From Auanema rhodensis (lineage: Eukaryota > Animalia > Nematoda): DNA of 64,000 bases. Location of the stretch: NCBI GenBank assembly GCA_964057225.1, contig OZ059897.1, positions 17,236,001 to 17,300,000 on the forward strand, given 5' to 3'. How positions within the stretch are numbered: the first letter of the stretch is position 1; each line of letters opens with the position of its first letter. The notes below the pieces were generated by a model, which was not told the DNA's origin, did not search any database, and saw only the letters and a list, made by a program, of their open reading frames with translations. Below, in pieces: positions 43,601-57,300 of this stretch. A program made the translations under genes and the position numbers.

Positions 43601-46600
43601 TCATGGTTACCATGCACCCATATCAATAAAAAATTGTTTTTAGACTAATATGGATATGGGGAATCTAATTCTGAAAACCGCATCTCTTTATCTTTCACGG
43701 GAAGCGAGTTTCATACCAAGTGCACATCACGTGTACATTCAATTAGCATAAATTAAAGTTCACGTAAATTTCAAAATCATGGTTACCATGCACCAATATC
43801 AATAAAAATTTGTTTTCAGAATAATATGGACATGGGGAATCTAATTTTGAAAACCGCATCTCTTCATCTTTCACGGGAAGCGAGTTACATACCAAGTACA
43901 CATCACGTGTACATTTAATTAGCATAAATTAAAGTTCACGTAAATTTTAAAGTCATGGTTACCATGCACCCATATCAATAAAAAATTGTTTTTAGACTAA
44001 GATGGACATGGGGAATCTAATTTTGAAAACCGCATCTCTTTATCTTTCACGGGAAGCGAGTTACATACCAAGGGCACATCACGTGTACATTTAATTAGCA
44101 TAAATTGAAGTTCACGTAAATTTCAAAGTCATGGTTACCATGCACCAATATCAATAAAAATTTGTTTTTAGACTAATATAGACATGGGGAATCTAATTTT
44201 GAAAATCGCATCTCTTTATCTTTCACGGGAAGCGAGTTTCATACAAGTGCACATCACGTGTACATTTAATTAGCATAAATTGAAGTTCACGTGAATTTCA
44301 AAGTCATGGTTACCATGCACCAATATGAATAAGAATTTGTTTTTAGACTAATGTGGACATGGGGAATCTAATTTTGAAAACCGCATCTCTTTATCTTTCA
44401 CGGGAAGCGAGATACATACCGAGTGCACATCGCGTGTACATTTAATTAGCATAAATTAAAGTTCACGTAAATTTCAAAGTCATGGTTGCCATGCACCAAT
44501 ATCAGTAAAAATTTGGTTTTAGACTAATATGGATATGGGGAATCTAATTTTGAAAACCGCATCTCTTTATCTTTCACGGGAAGCGAGTTTCATACCAAGT
44601 GCACATCACGTGTACATTTAATTAGCATAAATTAAAGTTCACGTAAATTTCAAAGTCATGGTTACCATGCACCAATATCAATAAAAATTTGTTTTTAGAC
44701 TAATATGGATATGGGGAATCTAATTTGGAAAACCGCATCTCTTCATCTTTCACGGGAAGCGAGTTACATACCAAGTACACATCACGTGTACATTTAATTA
44801 GCATAAATTAAAGTTCACGTAAATTTCAAAATCATGGTTACCATGCACCAATATCAATAAAAATTTGTTTTTAGACTAATATGGATATGGGGAATCTAAT
44901 TTTGAAAACCGCATCTCTTCATCTTTCACGGGAAGCGAGTTACATACCAAGTACACATCACGTGTAAATTTAATTAGCATAAATTAAAGTTCACGTAAAT
45001 TTCAAAGTCATGGTTACCATGCATCAATATCAATAAAAATTTGTATTCAGACTAATATGGACATGGGGAATCTAATTTTAAAAACCGCATCTCTTTATCT
45101 TTCACGGGAAGCGAGTTTCATACCAAGTGCACATCACGTGTACATTTAATTAGCATAAATTAAAGTTCACGTAAATTTCAAAATCATGGTTACCATGCAC
45201 CAATATCAATAAAAATTTGTTTTCAGAATAATATGGACATGGGGAATCTAATTTTGAAAACCGCATCTCTTTATCTTTTACGTGAAGCGAGTTACATACC
45301 AAGTGCACATCACGTGTACATTTAATTAGCATAAATTAAAGTTCACGTAAATTTAAAATCATGGTTACCATGCACCAATATCAATAAAAAATTGTTTTTA
45401 GACTAAGATGGACATGGGGAATCTAATTTTGAAAACCGCATCTTTTCATCTTTCACGGGAAGCGAGTTACATACCGAGTGCACATCGCGTGTACATTTAA
45501 TTAGCATAAATTAAAGTTCACGTAAATTTCAAAGTCATGGTTACCATGCATCAATATCAATAAAATATTGTTTTTAGACTAATATGGACTCGGGGATTCT
45601 AATTTTGAAAACCGCATCTCTTTATCTTTCACGGGAAGCGAGTTTCATACCAAGTGCACATCACGTGTACATTTAATTAGCATAAATTAAAGTTCACGTA
45701 AATTTCAAAGTCATGGTTACCATGCACCAATATCAATGAAAATTTCTTTTTAGACTAATATGGACATGGGGAATCTAATTTTGAAAACCGCATCTCTTTA
45801 TCTTTCACGGGAAGCGAGTTACATACCAAGGGCACATCACGTGTACATTTAATTAGCATAAATTGAAGTTCACGTAAATTTCAAAGTCATGGTTACCATG
45901 CACCAATATCAATAAAAATTTGTTTTTAGACTAATATAGACATGGGGAATCTAATTTTGAAAATCGCATCTCTTTATCTTTCACGGGAAGCGAGTTTCAT
46001 ACAAGTGCACATCACGTGTACATTTAATTAGCATAAATTGAAGTTCACGTGAATTTCAAAGTCATGGTTACCATGCACCAATATGAATAAGAATTTGTTT
46101 TTAGACTAATGTGGACATGGGGAATCTAATTTTGAAAACCGCATCTCTTTATCTTTCACGGGAAGCGAGATACATACCGAGTGCACATCGCGTGTACATT
46201 TAATTAGCATAAATTAAAGTTCACGTAAATTTCAAAGTCATGGTTGCCATGCACCAATATCAATAAAAATTTGGTTTTAGACTAATATGGATATGAGGAA
46301 TCTAATTCTGAAAACCGCATCTCTTTATCTTTCACGGGAAGCGAGTTTCATACCAAGTGCACATCACGTGTACATTTAATTAGCATAAATTAAAGTTCAC
46401 GTAAATTTTAAAGTCATGGTTACCATGCACCAATATCAATAAAAAATTGTTTTTAGACTAAGATGGACATGGGGAATCTAATTTTGAAAACCGCATCTCT
46501 TTATCTTTCACGGGAAGCGAGTTACATACCAAGGGCACATCACGTGTACATTTAATTAGCATAAATTGAAGTTCACGTAAATTTCAAAGTCATGGTTACC

Positions 46601-47350
46601 ATGCACCAATATCAATAAAAATTTGTTTTTAGACTAATATAGACATGGGGAATCTAATTTCGAAAATCGCATCTCTTTATCTTTCACGGGAAGCGAGTTT
46701 CATACAAGTGCACATCACGTGTACATTTAATTAGCATAAATTGAAGTTCACGTGAATTTCAAAGTCATGGTTACCATGCACCAATATGAATAAGAATTTG
46801 TTTTTAGACTAATGTGGACATGGGGAATCTAATTTTGAAAACCGCATCTCTTTATCTTTCACGGGAAGCGAGATACATACCGAGTGCACATCGCGTGTAC
46901 ATTTAATTAGCATAAATTAAAGTTCACGTAAATTTCAAAGTCATGGTTGCCATGCACCAATATCAATAAAAATTTGGTTTTAGACTAATATGGATATGGG
47001 GAATCTAATTCTGAAAACCGCATCTCTTTATCTTTCACGGGAAGCGAGTTTCATACCAAGTGCACATCACGTGTACATTTAATTAGCATAAATTAAAGTT
47101 CACGTAAATTTCAAAATCATGGTTACCATGCACCAATATCAATAAAAATTTGTTTTCAGAATAATATGGACATGGGGAATCTAATTTTAAAAACCGCATC
47201 TCTTCATCTTTCACGGGAAGCGAGTTACATATTAAGTACACATCACGTGTACATTTAATTAGCATAAATTAAAGTTCACGTAAATTTTAAAGTCATGGTT
47301 ACCATGCACCCATATCAATAAAAAATTGTTTTTAGACTAAGATGGACATG
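37700..47350. repeat. Block duplication (~37.7-41.7 kb repeated at ~43.7-47.3 kb; 34- then 32-monomer offset)
   Basis: ATCAGTAAAA at 38525/44505 and ORF 37763/43743 are offset by 5980. TTCGAAAATC at 41033/46661 and ORFs 39522/45150 and 41455/47083 are offset by 5628. The second copy therefore lacks two monomers. Confidence 0.85.
41455..43990. repeat. Local dimer (352-bp) expansion with one trimer step
   Basis: The CAGAATAAT monomer alternates with the TTTTAAAGT/CACCCATAT monomer. ORF starts 41455, 41807, 42159, 42511, 42863, 43391 and 43743 give spacings of 352 x4, 528 and 352. Confidence 0.9.
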
Positions 47351-50300
47351 GGGAATCTAATTTTGAAAACCGCATCTCTTTATCTTTCACGGGAAGCGAG
47401 TTACATACCAAGGGCACATCACGTGTACATTTAATTAGCATAAATTGAAGTTCACGTAAATTTCAAAGTCATGGTTACCATGCACCAATATCAATAAAAA
47501 TTTGTTTTTAGACTAATATAGACATGGGGAATCTAATTTTGAAAATCGCACCTCTTTATCTTTCACGGGAAGCGAGTTTCATACAAGTGCACATCACGTG
47601 TACATTTAATTAGCATAAATTGAAGTTCACGTGAATTTCAAAGTCATGGTTACCATGCACCAATATCAGTAAAAATTTGGTTTTAGACTAATATGGATAT
47701 GGGGAATCTAATTTTGAAAACCGCATCTCTTTATCTTTCACGGGAAGCGAGTTTCATACCAAGTGCACATCACGTGTACATTTAATTAGCATAAATTAAA
47801 GTTCACGTAAATTTCAAAGTCATGGTTACCATGCACCAATATCAATAAAATATTGTTTTTAGACTAATATGGACTTGGGGAATCTAATTTTGAAAACCGC
47901 ATCTCTTTATCTTTCACGGGAAGCGAGTTTCATACCAAGTGCACATCACGTGTACATTTAATTAGCATAAATTGAAGTTCACGTGAATTTCAAAGTCATG
48001 GTTACCATGCACCAATATGAATAAGAATTTGTTTTTAGACTAATGTGGACATGGGGAATCTAATTTTGAAAACCGCATCTCTTTATCTTTCACGGGAAGC
48101 GAGATACATACCGAGTGCACATCGCGTGTACATTTAATTAGCATAAATTAAAGTTCACGTAAATTTCAAAGTCATGGTTACCATGCACCAATATCAATAA
48201 AAATTTGTTTTTAGACTAATATGGATATGGGGAATCTAATTTGGAAAACCGCATCTCTTCATCTTTCACGGGAAGCGAGTTACATACCAAGTACACATCA
48301 CGTGTAAATTTAATTAGCATAAATTAAAGTTCACGTAAATTTCAAAGTCATGGTTACCATGCATCAATATCAATAAAAATTTGTATTCAGACTAATATGG
48401 ACATGGGGAATCTAATTTTAAAAACCGCATCTCTTTATCTTTCACGGGAAGCGAGTTTCATACCAAGTGCACATCACGTGTACATTTAATTAGCATAAAT
48501 TAAAGTTCACGTAAATTTCAAAATCATGGTTACCATGCACCAATATCAATAAAAATTTGTTTTCAGAATAATATGGACATGGGGAATCTAATTTTGAAAA
48601 CCGCATCTCTTTATCTTTTACGTGAAGCGAGTTACATACCAAGTGCACATCACGTGTACATTTAATTAGCATAAATTAAAGTTCACGTAAATTTAAAATC
48701 ATGGTTACCATGCACCAATATCAATAAAAAATTGTTTTTAGACTAAGATGGACATGGGGAATCTAATTTTGAAAACCGCATCTTTTCATCTTTCACGGGA
48801 AGCGAGTTACATACCGAGTGCACATCGCGTGTACATTTAATTAGCATAAATTAAAGTTCACGTAAATTTCAAAGTCATGGTTACCATGCATCAATATCAA
48901 TAAAATATTGTTTTTAGACTAATATGGACTCGGGGATTCTAATTTTGAAAACCGCATCTCTTTATCTTTCACGGGAAGCGAGTTTCATACCAAGTGCACA
49001 TCACGTGTACATTTAATTAGCATAAATTAAAGTTCACGTAAATTTCAAAGTCATGGTTACCATGCACCAATATCAATGAAAATTTCTTTTTAGACTAATA
49101 TGGACTTGGGGAATCTAATTTTGAAAACCGCATCTCTTTATCTTTCACGGGAAGCGAGTTTCATACCAAGTGCACATCACGTGTACATTTAATTAGCATA
49201 AATTGAAGTTCACGTAAATTTAAAATCATGGTTACCATGCACCAATATCAATAAAAATTTGTATTCAGACTAATATGGACATGGGGAATCTAATTTTAAA
49301 AACCGCATCTCTTTATCTTTCACGGGAAGCGAGTTTCATACCAAGTGCACATCACGTGTACATTTAATTAGCATAAATTGAAGTTCACGTAAATTTAAAA
49401 TCATGGTTACCATGCACCAATATCAATAAAAATTTGTATTCAGACTAATATGGACATGGGGAATCTAATTTTGAAAACCGCATCTCTTCATCTTTCACGG
49501 GAAGCGAGTTACATACCAAGTACACATCACGTGTAAATTTAATTAGCATAAATTAAAGTTCACGTAAATTTCAAAGTCATGGTTACCATGCATCAATATC
49601 AATAAAAATTTGTATTCAGACTAATATGGACATGGGGAATCTAATTTTAAAAACCGCATCTCTTTATCTTTCACGGGAAGCGAGTTTCATACCAAGTGCA
49701 CATCACGTGTACATTTAATTAGCATAAATTAAAGTTCACGTAAATTTCAAAATCATGGTTACCATGCACCAATATCAATAAAAATTTGTTTTCAGAATAA
49801 TATGGACATGGGGAATCTAATTTTGAAAACCGCATCTCTTTATCTTTTACGTGAAGCGAGTTACATACCAAGTGCACATCACGTGTACATTTAATTAGCA
49901 TAAATTAAAGTTCACGTAAATTTAAAATCATGGTTACCATGCACCAATATCAATAAAAAATTGTTTGTAGACTAAGATGGACATGGGGAATCTAATTTTG
50001 AAAACCGCATCTTTTCATCTTTCACGGGAAGCGAGTTACATACCGAGTGCACATCGCGTGTACATTTAATTAGCATAAATTAAAGTTCACGTAAATTTCA
50101 AAGTCATGGTTACCATGCACCAATATCAATGAAAATTTCTTTTTAGACTAATATGGACTTGGGGAATCTAATTTTGAAAACCGCATCTCTTTATCTTTCA
50201 CGGGAAGCGAGTTTCATACCAAGTGCACATCACGTGTACATTTAATTAGCATAAATTGAAGTTCACGTAAATTTAAAATCATGGTTACCATGCACCAATA

Positions 50301-51859
50301 TCAATAAAAATTTGTTTTCAGAATAATATGGACATGGGGAATCTAATTTTGAAAACCGCATCTCTTTATCTTTTACGTGAAGCGAGTTACATACCAAGTG
50401 CACATCACGTGTACATTTAATTAGCATAAATTAAAGTTCACGTAAATTTCAAAGTCATGGTTACCATGCACCAATATCAATGAAAATTTCTTTTTAGACT
50501 AATATGGACATGGGGAATCTAATTTTGAAAACCGCATCTCTTTATCTTTCACGGGAAGCGAGTTACATACCGAGTGCACATCACGTGTACATTTAATTAG
50601 CATAAATTAAAGTTCACGTAAATTTCAAAGTCATGGTTACCATGCACCAATATCAATAAAAATTTGTTTTCAGAATAATATGGACATGGGGAATCTAATT
50701 TTGAAAACCGCATCTCTTTATCTTTTACGTGAAGCGAGTTACATACCAAGTGCACATCACGTGTACATTTAATTAGCATAAATTAAAGTTCACGTAAATT
50801 TAAAATCATGGTTACCATGCACCAATATCAATAAAAAATTGTTTTTAGACTAAGATGGACATGGGGAATCTAATTTTGAAAACCGCATCTTTTCATCTTT
50901 CACGGGAAGCGAGTTACATACCGAGTGCACATCGCGTGTACATTTAATTAGCATAAATTAAAGTTCACGTAAATTTCAAAGTCATGGTTACCATGCATCA
51001 ATATCAATGAAATATTGTTTTTAGACTAATATGGACTCGGGGATTCTAATTTTGAAAACCGCATCTCTTTATCTTTCACGGGAAGCGAGTTTCATACCAA
51101 GTGCACATCACGTGTACATTTAATTAGCATAAATTAAAGTTCACGTAAATTTCAAAGTCATGGTTACCATGCACCAATATCAATGAAAATTTCTTTTTAG
51201 ACTAATATGGACTTGGGGAATCTAATTTTGAAAACCGCATCTCTTTATCTTTCACGGGAAGCGAGTTTCATACCAAGTGCACATCACGTGTACATTTAAT
51301 TAGCATAAATTGAAGTTCACGTAAATTTAAAATCATGGTTACCATGCACCAATATCAATAAAAATTTGTTTTTAGACTAATATGGACATGGGGAATCTAA
51401 TTTTGAAAACCGCATCTCTTCATCTTTCACGGGAAGCGAGTTACATACCGAGTGCACATCACGTGTACATTTAATTAGCATAAATTAAAGTTCACGTAAA
51501 TTTCAAAGTCATGGTTACCATGCACCAATATCAATGAAAATTTGTTTTTAGACTAATATGGACATGGGGAATCTAATTTTGAAAACCGCATCTCTTCATC
51601 TTTCACGGGAAGCGAGTTACATACCGAGTGCACATCACGTGTACATTTAATTAGCATAAATTAAAGTTCACGTAAATTTCAAAGTCATGGTTACCATGCA
51701 CCAATATCAATGAAAATTTGTTTTTAGACTAATATGGACATGGGGAATCTAATTTTGAAAACCGCATCTCTTCATCTTTCACGGGAAGCGAGTTACATAC
51801 CAAGGGCACATCACGTGTACATTTAATTAGCATAAATTGAAGTTCACGTAAATTTCAAA

Positions 51860-53630
51860 GTCATGGTTGCCATGCACCAATATCAATAAAAATTTGGTTT
51901 TAGACTAATATGGATATGGGGAATCTAATTCTGAAAACCGCATCTCTTTATCTTTCACGGGAAGCGAGTTACATACCAAGTACACATCACGTGTACATTT
52001 AATTAGCATAAATTAAAGTTCACGTAAATTTCAAAGTCATGGTTACCATGCACCAATATCAATAAAAAATTGTTTTTAGACTAAGATGGACATGGGGAAT
52101 CTAATTTTGAAAACCGCATCTCTTCATCTTTCACGGGAAGCGAGTTGCATACCAAGTACACATCACGTGTACATTTAATTAGCATAAATTAAAGTTCACG
52201 TAAATTTCAAAGTCATGGTTACCATGCACCAATATCAATAAAAAATTGTTTTTAGACTAAGATGGACATGGGGAATCTAATTTTGAAAACCGCATCTCTT
52301 TATCTTTCACGGGAAGCGAGTTACATACCAAGGGCACATCACGTGTACATTTAATTAGCATAAATTGAAGTTCACGTAAATTTCAAAGTCATGGTTGCCA
52401 TGCACCAATATCAATAAAAATTTGGTTTTAGACTAATATGGATATGGGGAATCTAATTCTGAAAACCGCATCTCTTTATCTTTCACGGGAAGCGAGTTTC
52501 ATACCAAGTGCACATCACGTGTACATTTAATTAGCATAAATTAAAGTTCACGTAAATTTTAAAGTCATGGTTACCATGCACCAATATCAATAAAAAATTG
52601 TTTTTAGACTAAGATGGACATGGGGAATCTAATTTTGAAAACCGCATCTCTTTATCTTTCACGGGAAGCGAGTTACATACCAAGTACACATCACGTGTAC
52701 ATTTAATTAGCATAAATTAAAGTTCACGTAAATTTCAAAGTCATGGTTACCATGCACCAATATCAATAAAAAATTGTTTTTAGACTAAGATGGACATGGG
52801 GAATCTAATTTTGAAAACCGCATCTCTTTATCTTTCACGGGAAGCGAGTTACATACCAAGGGCACATCACGTGTACATTTAATTAGCATAAATTGAAGTT
52901 CACGTAAATTTCAAAGTCATGGTTGCCATGCACCAATATCAATAAAAATTTGGTTTTAGACTAATATGGATATGGGGAATCTAATTCTGAAAACCGCATC
53001 TCTTTATCTTTCACGGGAAGCGAGTTTCATACCAAGTGCACATCACGTGTACATTTAATTAGCATAAATTAAAGTTCACGTAAATTTTAAAGTCATGGTT
53101 ACCATGCACCAATATCAATAAAAAATTGTTTTTAGACTAAGATGGACATGGGGAATCTAATTTTGAAAACCGCATCTCTTTATCTTTCACGGGAAGCGAG
53201 TTACATACCAAGGGCACATCACGTGTACATTTAATTAGCATAAATTGAAGTTCACGTGAATTTCAAAGTCATGGTTACCATGCACCAATATGAATAAGAA
53301 TTTGTTTTTAGACTAATGTGGACATGGGGAATCTAATTTTGAAAACCGCATCTCTTTATCTTTCACGGGAAGCGAGATACATACCGAGTGCACATCGCGT
53401 GTACATTTAATTAGCATAAATTAAAGTTCACGTAAATTTCAAAGTCATGGTTGCCATGCACCAATATCAATAACAATTTGGTTTTAGACTAATATGGATA
53501 TGGGGAATCTAATTCTGAAAACCGCATCTCTTTATCTTTCACGGGAAGCGAGTTTCATACCAAGTGCACATCACGTGTACATTTAATTAGCATAAATTAA
53601 AGTTCACGTAAATTTCAAAATCATGGTTAC
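51860..53630. repeat. Local trimer (528-bp) periodicity
   Basis: The GGTTGCC/TTCTGAAA monomer SNP occurs at 51869, 52397, 52925 and 53453. Confidence 0.8.
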
Positions 53631-54330
53631 CATGCACCAATATCAATAAAAATTTGTTTTCAGAATAATATGGACATGGGGAATCTAATTTTGAAAACCG
53701 CATCTCTTCATCTTTCACGGGAAGCGAGTTACATACCAAGGGCACATCACGTGTACATTTAATTAGCATAAATTGAAGTTCACGTAAATTTCAAAGTCAT
53801 GGTTGCCATGCACCAATATCAGTAAAAATTTGGTTTTAGACTAATATTGTATATGGGGAATCTAATTTTGAAAACCGCATCTCTTTATCTTTCACGGGAA
53901 GCGAGTTTCATACCAAGTGCACATCACGTGTACATTTAATTAGCATAAATTAAAGTTCACGTAAATTTCAAAGTCATGGTTACCATGCACCAATATCAAT
54001 AAAATATTGTTTTTAGACTAATATGGACTTGGGGAATCTAATTTTGAAAACCGCATCTCTTTATCTTTCACGGGAAGCGAGTTTCATACCAAGTGCACAT
54101 CACGTGTACATTTAATTAGCATAAATTGAAGTTCACGTGAATTTCAAAGTCATGGTTACCATGCACCAATATGAATAAGAATTTGTTTTTAGACTAATGT
54201 GGACATGGGGAATCTAATTTTGCAAACCGCATCTCTTTATCTTTCACGGGAAGCGAGATACATACCGAGTGCACATCACGTGTACATTTAATTAGCATAA
54301 ATTAAAGTTCACGTAAATTTCAAAGTCATG

Positions 54331-57300
54331 GTTACCATGCACCAATATCAATAAAAATTTGTTTTTAGACTAATATGGATATGGGGAATCTAATTTGGAA
54401 AACCGCATCTCTTCATCTTTCACGGGAAGCGAGTTACATACCAAGTACACATCACGTGTACATTTAATTAGCATAAATTAAAGTTCACGTAAATTTCAAA
54501 GTCATGGTTACCATGCATCAATATCAATAAAAATTTGTATTCAGACTAATATGGACATGGGGAATCTAATTTTATAAACCGCATCTCTTTATCTTTCACG
54601 GGAAGCGAGATACATACCGAGTGCACATCGCGTGTACATTTAATTAGCATAAATTAAAGTTCACGTAAATTTCAAAGTCATGGTTACCATGCACCAATAT
54701 CAATAAAAATTTGTTTTCAGAATAATATGGACATGGGGAATCTAATTTTGAAAACCGCATCTCTTCATCTTTCACGGGAAGCGAGTTACATACCAAGTAC
54801 ACATCACGTGTACATTTAATTAGCATAAATTAAAGTTCACGTAAATTTCAAAGTCATGGTTACCATGCACCAATATCAATAAAAAATTGTTTTTAGACTA
54901 AGATGGACATGGGGAATCTAATTTTGAAAACCGCATCTCTTTATCTTTCACGGGAAGCGAGTTACATACCAAGTGCACATCACGTGTACATTTAATTAGC
55001 ATAAATTGAAGTTCACGTGAATTTCAAAGTCATGGTTACCATGCACCAATATCAATAAAAATTTGTTTTTAGACTAATGTGGACATGGGGAATCTAATTT
55101 TGAAAACCGCATCTCTTTATCTTTCACGGGAAGCGAGATACATACCGAGTGCACATCGCGTGTACATTTAATTAGCATAAATTAAAGTTCACGTAAATTT
55201 CAAAGTCATGGTTGCCATGCACCAATATCAATAAAAATTTGGTTTTAGACTAATATGGATATGGGGAATCTAATTCTGAAAACCGCATCTCTTTATCTTT
55301 CACGGGAAGCGAGTTTCATACCAAGTGCACATCACGTGTACATTTAATTAGCATAAATTAAAGTTCACGTAAATTTCAAAGTCATGGTTACCATGCACCA
55401 ACATCAATAAAATATTGTTTTTAGACTAATATGGACTTGGGGAATCTAATTTTGAAAACCGCATCTCTTTATCTTTCACGGGAAGCGAGTTTCATACCAA
55501 GTGCACATCGCGTGTACATTTAATTAGCATAAATTAAAGTTCACGTAAATTTCAAAGTCATGGTTACCATGCATCAATATCAATGAAAATTTGGTTTTAA
55601 ACTAATATGGATATGGGGAATCTAATTTTGAAAACCGCATCTCTTTATCTTTCACGTGAAGCGAGTTACATACCAAGTGCACATCACTTGTACATTTAAT
55701 TAGCATAAATTGAAGTTCACGTAAATTTAAAATCATGGTTACCATGCACCAATATCAATAAAAATTTGTTTTTAGACTAATATGAACATGGTGAATCTAA
55801 TTTTGAAAACCGCATCTCTTTATCTTTCACGTGAAGCGAGTTTCATACCAAGTGCACATCACGTGTACTTTTAATTAGCATAAATTAAAGTTCACGTAAA
55901 TTTCAAAGTCATGGTTACCATGCACCAATATCAATGAAAATTTGGTTTTAGACTAATATGGACATGGGGAATCTAGTTTTGAAAACCGCATCTCTTTATC
56001 TTTCACGTGAAGCGAGTTACATACCAAGTGCACATCACGTGTACATTTAATTAGCATAAATTGAAGTTCACGTGAATTTCAAAGTCATGGTTACCATGCA
56101 CCAATATGAATAAGAATTTGTTTTTAGACTAATGTGGACATGGGGAATCTAATTTTGAAAACCGCATCTCTTTATCTTTCACGGGAAGCGAGTTTCATAC
56201 CAAGTGCACATCACGTGTACATTTAATTAGCATAAATTGAAGTTCACGTAAATTTAAAATCATGGTTACCATGCACCAATATCAATAAAAATTTGTTTTT
56301 CGACTAATATGGACATGAGCAATCTAATTTTGAAAACCGCATCTCTTTATCTTTTACGTGAAGCGAGTTACATACCAAGTGCACATCACGTGTACATTTA
56401 ATTAGCATAAATTGAAGTTCACGTAAATTTAAAATCATGGTTACCATGCACCAATATCAATAAAAATTTGTTTTTAGACTAATATGAACATGGTGAATCT
56501 AATTTTGAAAACCGCATCTCTTTATCTTTCACGGGAAGCGAGTTTCATACCAAGTGCACATCACGTGTACATTTAATTAGCATAAATTAAAGTTCACGTA
56601 AATTTCAAAGTCATGGTTACCATGCACCAATATCAATGAAAATTTGTTTTTAGACTGATATGGACTTGGGGAATCTAATTTTGAAAACCGCATCTCTTTA
56701 TCTTTCACGGGAAGCGAGTTTCATACAAGTGCACATCACGTGTACATTTAATTAGCATAAATTAAAGTTCACGTAAATTTCGAAGTCATGGTTACCATGC
56801 ACTAATATCAATGAAAATTTGGTTTTAGACTAATATGGATATGGGGAATCAAATTTTGAAAACCGCATCTTTTCATCTTTCACGGGAAGCGAGTTTCATA
56901 CAAGTGCACATCACGTGTACATTTAATTAGCATAAATTGAAGTTCACGTAAATTTCAAAGTCATGGTTACCATGCACCAATATGAATAAGAATTTGTTTT
57001 TAGACTAATATGGACATGGGGAATCTAATTTTGAAAACCGCATCTCTTTATCTTTCACGAGAAGCGAGTTACATACCGAGTGCACATCACGTGTACATTT
57101 AATTAGCATAAATTAAAGTTCACGTAAATTTCAAAGTCATGGTTACCATGCACCAATATCAATGAAAATTTGTTTTTAGACTAATATGGACATGGGGAAT
57201 CTAATTTTAAAAACCGCATCTATTTATCTTTCACGGGAAGCGAGTTACATACCAAGGGCACATCACGTGTACATTTAATTAGCATAAATTAAAGTTCACG

